Origin: a virus
IMG/VR virus record: IMGVR_UViG_3300033153_010139
Coordinates: 1-64,000 of that record
DNA length: 64,000 bases
Reading direction: 5' to 3' (one strand)
Below the pieces are notes generated by a model that was not told the origin of the DNA, made no database searches, and was given only the letters and a program-made list of their open reading frames with translations. The position numbers were made by a program, and so were the translations under genes. Numbering within the stretch: the stretch's first letter is position 1; each line of letters begins with the position of its first letter. Of the stretch, positions 56,012 through 64,000 are shown piece after piece.

Positions 56012-57988
56012 ATGACGACTACCAAAGCGGTCCTCGACATTCAGTCGGATCTCGACCAGCCCAACGCCCCGTCGGTCGCGACCGACGTGGCGAACAAGGG
56101 TTACGTGGACTCGGTCGCGGGCGGCGTGGACGCCACTTCCGCATCTGGCGGCGGAATCAAGGGCAAGGCCACGTACGACGAGGACAAGGGGCTTCTCGTT
56201 GCGGCGGGCATCGCCGAGGTCAAGGTCGATACGGCGGCCGGCGTCGAATTCAACGGCTCGGGCGCGATCAGGGCCAAGGTCTCGCCGACAGAGGCCATCG
56301 AGTTCAACGGCAGCGGGGAGATCAGGACCAAGATCGACGGCAGCTCGGTCACCTTGAACGGCTCTGGCCAGCTGGCCGTCCCAGAGGCTGCCGCGGCGTC
56401 CGGTGGCGGGGCCAAGGGGCTGGCGACCTACGATTCCGATAAGGGCATTGCCGTGACGTCTGGGGTCGCCGAGGTCAAGCTCGACTCGACGCTCCACTTC
56501 GACGGTCTGGGCCGAGTGGGAATCGTCGGCGCCGGAGGCGGTGGCGGCGCGATCGGCACCGTGTCGCAGCGGGCGCAGGTCATTCGGACCATCACAGCCA
56601 TTACCCCGGCCACGCCGATCACGATCGGAACCGGGATCGACGCCCTGTCGCACCCGAACGGCTCGATCACGGGACAACGAATCGAGGTGGCTGTTCCGCC
56701 CGACTACTACACGGGTACGCTGGACCTGCGGCTGACCTACCGCATGTCGTCGGCAGTCGGAGGTCCGAACAACCAGGTCCGGTTGAGCCTGGCAGCCGAG
56801 ATCGCCCAAGTGACCACCGGGCTGATCGACTTCACGTCGTACCCAGACACGGGCCAGGATCTCATCACGCCGACGAACACCGACATCGTGCGGCAGTTAG
56901 TGATGTCGCTGACCGCCGGCTCGTTCGATACCGGGGCCACGATCGCGTTCTACGTGAAGCGTCTGGGCACGCACGCGAACGACCTGCACACGGGCGCCCT
57001 CGACATCATCGCCTACGAGTGGGCCTACACGTCGATCGTCGATTCGCGGATGGCTACCCAGACCCTTGACGTGCTCGTGGCCGCGCCGCCCGAGGCGGCT
57101 ACCACGCCCAACACGCTGGGCTCCGGGATCGACGCGTGGGACTTCGTGACCGGCACGGACAACTCACTGAAGGGCTCGTTCATCGTCCCGGAGAACTGGG
57201 ACGGGGTGACCGACGCGATCATCTACGCCACCTACGCGATGTCCTCCGGGTCCGCTTCGGTGGTGCGGCTGGAGACGAGCGGGGAGATCGCCAACGTCAC
57301 GACCGGCGCCATAGACGTGGTGGTGGCCCAGAACTACGACGTGGGCACAACGGCGGACACGAACGTCCACAAGGCCGCGATCCGTTCGATTCCGGCGTCG
57401 GCGCTCCAGACCGGGAGCCATATCACTGCGAAGCTCGTGCGGCGCGTGTCCGTGGGCAGCAACCACCCCGGCAGCTTCCAGCTGATCGGGCTGTCCGTCG
57501 CCTTCAGCACGGCGCCGGTCTCCGGCTTCACGGCGATCACGACCGAGGAGCACTTCATCGACGAGTTCGGGTTCAACATCATCACGACCGACGGCGTCTG
57601 GGGCGACTCGGAGTATCCGAGCTTCGCTACAACCTTCGACCAGTACGTCAAGATGAACTCGACCGTCTCGTCCGGCCGACTCGACGTGGCCTTCTCCGGC
57701 CGACTGATGAGTGCGCAGGCCACGGTCGCCCAGGTGAAGATGAACATCATGGGCGTCGGGGCCACGCCGAGGCACAAGCTGCTGATCTACGCGGAAGGTT
57801 CGGGGGCCACGGCCGTCTACGACTCCGGCCTTGTGCCGTCGCCGGTCGCGCCGACCGAGTACGTCATTACGGCTGCTATGATGTCGGCCCAACCGCTCGT
57901 GCAGAAGCGTTTTCACGTGGTCGTGGAGGCGTATATCGACTCGGGCGAGGTGGTCAAGTGTAGCCTTCCGTTCGTGCGGCAGGAGTAG
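56012..57988 (+). CDS. virion fibre/decoration protein
   Basis: DVANKGYVD; repeated KGxATYD; VPPDY and VPENW domains. Confidence 0.6.
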   Translation: MTTTKAVLDIQSDLDQPNAPSVATDVANKGYVDSVAGGVDATSASGGGIKGKATYDEDKGLLVAAGIAEVKVDTAAGVEFNGSGAIRAKVSPTEAIEFNGSGEIRTKIDGSSVTLNGSGQLAVPEAAAASGGGAKGLATYDSDKGIAVTSGVAEVKLDSTLHFDGLGRVGIVGAGGGGGAIGTVSQRAQVIRTITAITPATPITIGTGIDALSHPNGSITGQRIEVAVPPDYYTGTLDLRLTYRMSSAVGGPNNQVRLSLAAEIAQVTTGLIDFTSYPDTGQDLITPTNTDIVRQLVMSLTAGSFDTGATIAFYVKRLGTHANDLHTGALDIIAYEWAYTSIVDSRMATQTLDVLVAAPPEAATTPNTLGSGIDAWDFVTGTDNSLKGSFIVPENWDGVTDAIIYATYAMSSGSASVVRLETSGEIANVTTGAIDVVVAQNYDVGTTADTNVHKAAIRSIPASALQTGSHITAKLVRRVSVGSNHPGSFQLIGLSVAFSTAPVSGFTAITTEEHFIDEFGFNIITTDGVWGDSEYPSFATTFDQYVKMNSTVSSGRLDVAFSGRLMSAQATVAQVKMNIMGVGATPRHKLLIYAEGSGATAVYDSGLVPSPVAPTEYVITAAMMSAQPLVQKRFHVVVEAYIDSGEVVKCSLPFVRQE

Positions 57989-57992
57989 GCCG

Positions 57993-58448
57993 ATGAGCGC
58001 CTTCGAGGACTTTGTTGCTCTTGAGCTGCCCAGGCGCTCGACGCTGCTCACCAAGGCGATCACCTCCTACGATGCCGATCCGAACCTCGGCGGCGCGCCG
58101 GCCATCGTCCAGAGCGCGCCGCTCGGCACCTGGTTCTACGAGGAGACCGCAAACAAGTGGTGGCGAAGGCGCGGGGCGGCGCCGACGACGTGGTCCGACC
58201 AGACGTCCGGTGGCGCTGCGACCTTCGACCGCCGAGAGGAGACCTTCGTTCCGACGCTTGGGCAGACGGTGTTCACTTTGTCGGCCACGCCGGCAACACC
58301 GAACGACACGAGCGTGTTTGTGAACACGGTCAAATACATCTACGGGACCGACTTCTCGGTCGCCGGCAATCAGGTTACTTGGATCCCCGGCGCCGCCGGG
58401 TTTGCGCTGGACGCGCTGGACGTGGTGGAGATCATCTACTTCGTCTAA
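57993..58448 (+). CDS. virion structural protein
   Basis: GQTVFTLS..VFVN..YGTDFSV..DVVEIIY. Confidence 0.6.
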   Translation: MSAFEDFVALELPRRSTLLTKAITSYDADPNLGGAPAIVQSAPLGTWFYEETANKWWRRRGAAPTTWSDQTSGGAATFDRREETFVPTLGQTVFTLSATPATPNDTSVFVNTVKYIYGTDFSVAGNQVTWIPGAAGFALDALDVVEIIYFV

Positions 58449-58495
58449 CGGACGGCGGCTTTCGCAACACACCACGCAGGGAGTTTTAGGAAGAC

Positions 58496-60964
58496 ATGGC
58501 AATCCGAGCAAAGCAAATGCTGTCGAGCACTTTCGACAGCACCCAGGTCACCCGGCTGTTCGCGGCACAAGCAATCGCCGGCTCCAAAATCGCCAATGGC
58601 GACATCACCGGAACGCAGTTAGCGACGTCGGTGGCCGGCTCCGGCCTGACCGGCGGCGGCGGTTCGGCGCTGGCTGTCGAGCCCAACGTTACCGACAACG
58701 GCCAGGTTCCCGGGCTGGAGGCCGCGGCCAACGGCGTACGGATCGCGGCTGCGGCAGCTGGCAATGGCCTCGCGGGCGGCGGTGGCACGGCGCTGTCCGT
58801 GGATGTGGACTCGGAGACGGGTTCCAACATCCAGCCGGCCAATCTCACCGCCAACGGCGTGGGCGTGGACATCAACGCCATCGCCGGCACCGGTGTCGAA
58901 GCCGACGGTTCCGCCAACCTGCGCCTCGCAACCCAAGGCAACGGTATCGCCGGCGGCAACGGTTCGACCCTGAGCGTGGACCCGGACTCCGAGAGCGGCG
59001 GCAACACCGAGCCAGTGTCCGTGGGCGCCAACGGCGTCGGGCTCAACGTGTCCGGCATTGCCGGCACCGGCATCGAGGCCGATGGGTCGGCGAACCTGCG
59101 CCTCGCCGCACAGGGCAACGGCATTACCGGTGGCGCCGGTTCGACCTTGTCGGTCGATCCTGACACCGGCATTGCTGTTGGCGCGAGCGGCGTTGCCGTC
59201 GATGTCGGATCGACGGTGGACTTCTCCGGCGACACTCCAGTCTGGACATTCGGCAACGAGACCACGGCCGAGGGGCTATTCGTCACAGGTACGCCGCAAG
59301 ACGCCAACCACGTGCCCAACAAGAGCTACGTGGACAACGCAATCACTGGACTCACCTGGCTGCCGCCGGTGCATGTCAAGGAGATGATCGGCTCGGACGC
59401 TGCGCTGGACATCGAGGGGTTCTCCCCAGCTGCCGGCGACGCCTACGTGATCGACACGGCCAACGGCGCCGGCGTGCTCGCCGGTGCGACAGTGGGCGAC
59501 ATCTGGGAGTACAGCGGATCCGCGTGGGCGCTGATCATCGCCGGCGACGGCGGCTATGTAGCCAACGGCTACCGAGCACTCGCCTCGATCCAGACGGCGC
59601 TCAACGGTTCCATCGGGTTGGTGAACGACACCGACGACGGCAAGGTGTTGGAGTGGGATGGCACGAGCCTGACCCCGGCCAAGACCTCGCCGTCCAGTGG
59701 CGACGCGGCCCTGATCACAGATCAGGACGCGGACGGCGACTCGATCTACGCCAACAGCGCCTTCACGTTCGAGGGCGCGGTCCCGACCGGAACGTGGATC
59801 CAGTTCTCTGGCGCGGGGTCGATCAACGCTGGCGCTGGCCTCAGCAAGGACGGCAACACGATCAACGTTGGCGACGCCAACAAGGGCGTCCAGGCTAACG
59901 CGGACGACCTGGAAATCGCCGCCAGCGAGATCGTCAGCAACGGTCTTGGCGTAGGCGCCAGCTCACACCTGCTGGCCGTCAAGCCGAACACCGCCGACAA
60001 CGGTGGTGTTCCTGGCGTGGAGGTCGCGGCCAACGGGCTGAGGCTCGCGGCTGCGGCAGCTGGCGATGGCCTGGCCGGAGGCGCGGGCGACGCGCTCTCG
60101 GTGGATTCCGACACGGAGACCGGCGGAAACATCCAGGGCGTCAACGTCACAGCGAACGGCGCTGGGCTCGATGTCTCGGCCGTTGCCGGTACTGGCGTTG
60201 AGGCGGACGGTTCCGCGAACCTGCGCCTCGCGACGCAGGGCAACGGCATCGCCGGCGGCAACGGTTCGACGTTGAGCGTCGATTCCGACACGGAAACTGG
60301 CGGGAATGTCCAGGGCGCCAACGTCACGGCCAACGGCGTAGGTGTAGACATCAACGCAATCGCCGGCACCGGTCTCGAAGCCGACGGCAGCGCGAACCTT
60401 CGTCTGGCGACGCAGGGCAATGGCATCTCCGGCGGCAACGGTTCGACGTTGAGCGTGGATCCCGACACCGGCATTGCCGTCGGCGCCAGCGGCGTCGCTA
60501 TCGATGTCGGCTCGACGGTGGACTTCTCCGGCGATACGCCGGTTTGGACCTTCGGCAACGAGACCACTGCTGAGGGGCTATTCGTCACCGGCACGCCGCA
60601 AGACGCCAACCACGTGCCCAACAAGAGCTACGTGGATACCGCTGTCGGGAACGTCAACACGGCGGCCCTGACCGCATCCGACAAGGCCAGGATCCCGTCG
60701 TCCGCGACGTCCGGGAACTACTCAACGACTGGCCTCACGATTTCGGCCACGCCGCTCGGCTGGGTCGGGATCTACGTCAACGGTATCCTCTACGAGCTGG
60801 GCGCCGACCGCACGAAGGCGTGCTACTTCAGCTCGGACGGCGGCACGACCGCCAAGGCGATTGCGGCCATCGCCAGTGGCGACACGCTCTACTGGAACGG
60901 TTCGATCATTGGCTGGGAACTCGACGACTCCACCGACGTGGTGGACATGGTTTACGAGACCTAG
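58496..60964 (+). CDS. repeat-rich fibre protein
   Basis: Multiple GTGxEADGSANLRLATQGNGIAGG repeats; duplicated PNKSYVD segment. Confidence 0.7.
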   Translation: MAIRAKQMLSSTFDSTQVTRLFAAQAIAGSKIANGDITGTQLATSVAGSGLTGGGGSALAVEPNVTDNGQVPGLEAAANGVRIAAAAAGNGLAGGGGTALSVDVDSETGSNIQPANLTANGVGVDINAIAGTGVEADGSANLRLATQGNGIAGGNGSTLSVDPDSESGGNTEPVSVGANGVGLNVSGIAGTGIEADGSANLRLAAQGNGITGGAGSTLSVDPDTGIAVGASGVAVDVGSTVDFSGDTPVWTFGNETTAEGLFVTGTPQDANHVPNKSYVDNAITGLTWLPPVHVKEMIGSDAALDIEGFSPAAGDAYVIDTANGAGVLAGATVGDIWEYSGSAWALIIAGDGGYVANGYRALASIQTALNGSIGLVNDTDDGKVLEWDGTSLTPAKTSPSSGDAALITDQDADGDSIYANSAFTFEGAVPTGTWIQFSGAGSINAGAGLSKDGNTINVGDANKGVQANADDLEIAASEIVSNGLGVGASSHLLAVKPNTADNGGVPGVEVAANGLRLAAAAAGDGLAGGAGDALSVDSDTETGGNIQGVNVTANGAGLDVSAVAGTGVEADGSANLRLATQGNGIAGGNGSTLSVDSDTETGGNVQGANVTANGVGVDINAIAGTGLEADGSANLRLATQGNGISGGNGSTLSVDPDTGIAVGASGVAIDVGSTVDFSGDTPVWTFGNETTAEGLFVTGTPQDANHVPNKSYVDTAVGNVNTAALTASDKARIPSSATSGNYSTTGLTISATPLGWVGIYVNGILYELGADRTKACYFSSDGGTTAKAIAAIASGDTLYWNGSIIGWELDDSTDVVDMVYET

Positions 60965-60994
60965 CAGAGCGGGTTAGGGTAGAGGTCCAAGCGC

Positions 60995-61528
60995 ATGAAA
61001 CAGCTGAAACCTGGACAACGCGGGCTCAAAGCTGCGCAGATTCGCAACGCACCGGACTTCCCGGTGCAGAACCTCTACCCGTGCGCCCAGGGGCCGGAGC
61101 CGTTCGTGGCCTGGCTCCTGGGAGATCTGCAGCTCGCCGAAGGCATCCTGTTCCGCTCGGACGGCTACGTCTCTTACGTTCCGGCAATGATCGCCAGAAT
61201 GAAGATCAAGCGTGTTCTCGTCATCGCCCATGTCGATGGTTTCGACGAGGAATGCGAGTACCGGCTTCGGCTGGTCTACACGAGCAAGACGGGTGAGTAT
61301 TTCGAGATCGTTTCGGTCGTGCTTCGTGCCGCCGAAACCGAGCGCTTCCCGTTCGAGATTCCGCTGGAGCACGTGGATCCGGCAGGCTGGCTCACATGCG
61401 CGCTCAACGTCGAGCTGCTCACGCCCATGCCGGCTGGACCCGCCTATGACGCTGCTGTCGCCATCGGCTGCGAGGCTCCCCATATGCCTGTGAGCATTCG
61501 CGGTTCTTACTTGGAGATCACCGGATGA
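60995..61528 (+). CDS. hypothetical protein
   Basis: Clean ORF between structural genes. Confidence 0.55.
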   Translation: MKQLKPGQRGLKAAQIRNAPDFPVQNLYPCAQGPEPFVAWLLGDLQLAEGILFRSDGYVSYVPAMIARMKIKRVLVIAHVDGFDEECEYRLRLVYTSKTGEYFEIVSVVLRAAETERFPFEIPLEHVDPAGWLTCALNVELLTPMPAGPAYDAAVAIGCEAPHMPVSIRGSYLEITG

Positions 61529-61538
61529 GGAAACGGTA

Positions 61539-62006
61539 GTGCCAGGTCCAAGGCAAAAGCAGCTCCGCGTCCAGCACTACCTGCCATTGGGCATTTACGG
61601 CATCGTTTCGGAGAGCGGCATCACCGTCGATTCGCAAGCTCCGAGCTTGGCTGGCGACTTCGAGATCTACGACCGCTTCACGGCCACAGAGGACTCTCGC
61701 CGGGCTGATGTCTACTACCAAGGGAGTCTTGAAGCGAGCGAGGGGAAGATCGCCGAGATCAAGATCCCGATCAAGGGCAGCAGCACCAACGCGCAGTACC
61801 GTGTGCTCGTCTACGCCGAGGGCTCTGGCGCTTCGGCGGTCTACGACAGCTCACTGTCGGCGGCGTCAGTCACACGGACGGTCACGACGATCACGTCATT
61901 CTCCGCGCCTCCCACCGGGGAGAAGCGTTACCATATCAAGGTCGAAGCGCACCTGGACACCGGCGAGATTCTCTACGTCGGCCGACCGCGCGTCAGGCAC
62001 GGGTGA
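61539..62006 (+). CDS. virion protein paralogous to the C-terminus of the 56012 protein
   Basis: VYAEGSGASAVYDS..KRYHIKVEAHLDTGE versus IYAEGSGATAVYDS..KRFHVVVEAYIDSGE. Confidence 0.65.
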   Translation: MPGPRQKQLRVQHYLPLGIYGIVSESGITVDSQAPSLAGDFEIYDRFTATEDSRRADVYYQGSLEASEGKIAEIKIPIKGSSTNAQYRVLVYAEGSGASAVYDSSLSAASVTRTVTTITSFSAPPTGEKRYHIKVEAHLDTGEILYVGRPRVRHG

Positions 62007-62010
62007 TCAC

Positions 62011-63399
62011 ATGCCGCTTACCGTAGGGAACCAGAACATCCGCACCAGCCGCATGGTCTCGGCCAACATCACCGAGGCCACGCACGGGTTTACCGTTGGC
62101 GAGCCCGTCTCCTACGACGGCTCCAACTGGGTCCAGGCTAAAGCGGACGACGTCACCACAGAGGCCCTCGGCCTCGTCTACGAGGTAGTCGATACCAACA
62201 CGTTCACCTACCTCAGTCGCGGGAGCTTCTCGCGCACAACGCCGCAGTGGGACGCGCTCGTCGGCACGACCGGCGGCCTGGTCGCCGGCTCGGACTACGC
62301 CGTGTCGCAAACCACGGCTGGCCAGTACGAAACGACGGAACCGACGTCGGGCGTCATTCAGTTCATGTTCCGCGCGATCAGCACGACCGAGGTCGAGGTC
62401 TATTGCGCCACGCCGAGGTTCAACTCGTGGACCGGTGCGCACGTCCACGACGCGAATCTCGGCGGCTTTTCGACCGTGCTTCCGGCGGGCTCCTCGTACG
62501 CCGAGGTGCAGGCGGCGCTGGACGCCTACCAGATCGTCTACCTGCAACAAGGGGAATACAACACCTGGGGGACCGGCTACCTCCGGCTCCGCATCCCGAG
62601 CTACACACACCTGATCGGCCTGTCCCTCGGCTACCAGTACATAACCAGCAGCTACACGCCTCGGATAACCTTGTCCGGGTCCAACCAGGGCGTAGAGCTG
62701 CAAGCCGGTGCGTCGATCAGGAACGTAGGCTTCTACTGCAGCTACAGCGGCACGTCGTCCGCGTCAGCCCTCTTCACCTGCAGCTACAGCAGCCGGAACT
62801 TGATCAAGAACTGCTGGGCGGACTTCGCCAACCAGTGCGCACAGAACTTCCTTACGGCGAATGGGCCGTGCCGTGTGGAGGACTGCACGGCTTACCGGCT
62901 TCCGAACACCTCTAGTCCGGGCGGCTACGTGATCAGCATAGCGGGTTACAGCGCCGCGACGCTGGTTCCGTACCACGGCGTCCACAACTGCCGCATTTAC
63001 TTCACCAGCTCGCCGACGCTCGGGAGCAGGGGCGGGATCAGCTGCACCTACGGCGGGCAGATCAAGGACACCCTCGTATTCAATGCCCCAGGTCACGGGT
63101 TCTACATGACCTCGTCCAACGGGTACCAGCCGGGCCAGATCAACGGCTGTTACGCCTACAACTGTGGGGTTTCCACCGCCTACCACGGGTTCTATATGCT
63201 CGGCGCCGGGGATGCGAGCTGGCTTACCTGTATCAACAACAAGGCGGCTGATTGCAACGGTTGGGGGTTCTGGTTTCCGTCCGGTTACTCCGGTAGCCAC
63301 GGCGGCGCTGCGACCAACAACCACTCACATCAATGCCCGGCCGGCGCTTATCAATTCAGCGGCAGTTTCCTAAACAATAACGGGAACCACAGCAACTAG
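62011..63399 (+). CDS. tailspike/receptor-binding protein with right-handed beta-helix
   Basis: VQAALD..VYLQQGEY; Cys/Asn-laddered parallel beta-helix repeats. Confidence 0.65.
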   Translation: MPLTVGNQNIRTSRMVSANITEATHGFTVGEPVSYDGSNWVQAKADDVTTEALGLVYEVVDTNTFTYLSRGSFSRTTPQWDALVGTTGGLVAGSDYAVSQTTAGQYETTEPTSGVIQFMFRAISTTEVEVYCATPRFNSWTGAHVHDANLGGFSTVLPAGSSYAEVQAALDAYQIVYLQQGEYNTWGTGYLRLRIPSYTHLIGLSLGYQYITSSYTPRITLSGSNQGVELQAGASIRNVGFYCSYSGTSSASALFTCSYSSRNLIKNCWADFANQCAQNFLTANGPCRVEDCTAYRLPNTSSPGGYVISIAGYSAATLVPYHGVHNCRIYFTSSPTLGSRGGISCTYGGQIKDTLVFNAPGHGFYMTSSNGYQPGQINGCYAYNCGVSTAYHGFYMLGAGDASWLTCINNKAADCNGWGFWFPSGYSGSHGGAATNNHSHQCPAGAYQFSGSFLNNNGNHSN

Positions 63400-63403
63400 G
63401 GGA

Positions 63404-63694
63404 ATGGGCATGAGTACATTCGCTTGCCACTGCGGCGGGATCGTCACGGGAACCTCCGATCCCGACCCGGAACGCGACGACAACCCTACCTGGACCTTCG
63501 CCTGCAACGATCACCGGGGCGCCGGTCCGCGCGAACTGCTCATTGTTCGCGTCAGCGGAACGCCGACCGGCGAGAGGGCTCTTGCGCTGACCGAGGAAGA
63601 TCGCATGGCGGTCATGAAGGACGCCATCGACGTTAACGGGCAGTGGTTGCTCGACAACCCGACGACTCCGCTCACATCAGACGTGATACTGTGA
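63404..63694 (+). CDS. hypothetical protein
   Basis: CHCGG; follows the tailspike. Confidence 0.45.
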   Translation: MGMSTFACHCGGIVTGTSDPDPERDDNPTWTFACNDHRGAGPRELLIVRVSGTPTGERALALTEEDRMAVMKDAIDVNGQWLLDNPTTPLTSDVIL

Positions 63695-63697
63695 CAC

Positions 63698-64000
63698 ATG
63701 CCCAGACTTGTTGTTGACGGAACGATCCCAGGCAGCGGTGGCGCCGGCAGCGTACAGGTCACCGGCTCCATTTCGCACCTCGTGCCGTTCACCGAGAACA
63801 TCCCGACGGTTTCGGCACCGACCCTGGGGACAGCGGGAACCGCTACCGGTACGTTGGACCACCCAGACGCTGCCACGACGGGCCAGAAGTTCGAGATCAC
63901 CGTCCCGGACGACTACGATTCCGGCAATCTGACCGTCAGCATCACCTACGCCATGTCCACGTCGTACTCCGGCAACGTGCGGCTGGAGACGACCGCCGAG
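63698..64000 (+). CDS. virion protein, truncated by the window end
   Basis: LDHPD..GQKFEITVPDDY..TYAMS, the same domain as in the 56012 protein. Confidence 0.6.
   Translation, partial: MPRLVVDGTIPGSGGAGSVQVTGSISHLVPFTENIPTVSAPTLGTAGTATGTLDHPDAATTGQKFEITVPDDYDSGNLTVSITYAMSTSYSGNVRLETTAE

Noticed and set aside
39278-63399. Diversity-generating retroelement or invertase tip switching
   Set aside because: No reverse transcriptase, no adenine-specific TR/VR pair and no inverted tip cassettes seen

Overview
This is a GC-rich segment of a large, T4-like contractile-tailed phage (myovirus). No capsid, portal, terminase or replication genes are visible. 1-12.2 kb is an accessory region: a double-HNH endonuclease, a Nudix hydrolase, a catalytically degenerate tyrosine-recombinase fold, a zincin protease and many small SH3-like ORFs that share a C-terminal 'SAIDxLAxL' tag and a GGGTAGAAC promoter-like motif. 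12.3-64 kb is a morphogenesis block: neck, sheath, two tubes, chaperone with a -1 frameshift site, tape measure, baseplate and many fibre or decoration proteins. The standout locus is 1.9-5.55 kb. An accessory gene and two paralogous RAMP/Cas7-like genes precede a G-U-paired hairpin and a 1.6 kb non-coding array of about 30 units, each a 4-nt GGCA followed by roughly ten GGY-NN pentamers. Read antisense as codon positions 1-2, the variable NN dinucleotides can spell protein-like motifs (e.g. GDYV[F/L]VHAGL, V[W/C]LLSGTP, CAACGS). This suggests a non-contiguous, wobble-skipping RNA-guided targeting system; that reading is my inference from hand parsing. Other notable items: a homing endonuclease flanked by two synonymous versions of the tail-tube C-terminus, putative capsid-targeting leaders, and a promoter-driven structured ncRNA candidate at 47.1-47.45 kb. 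All product calls come from motif recognition and synteny, not database searches.
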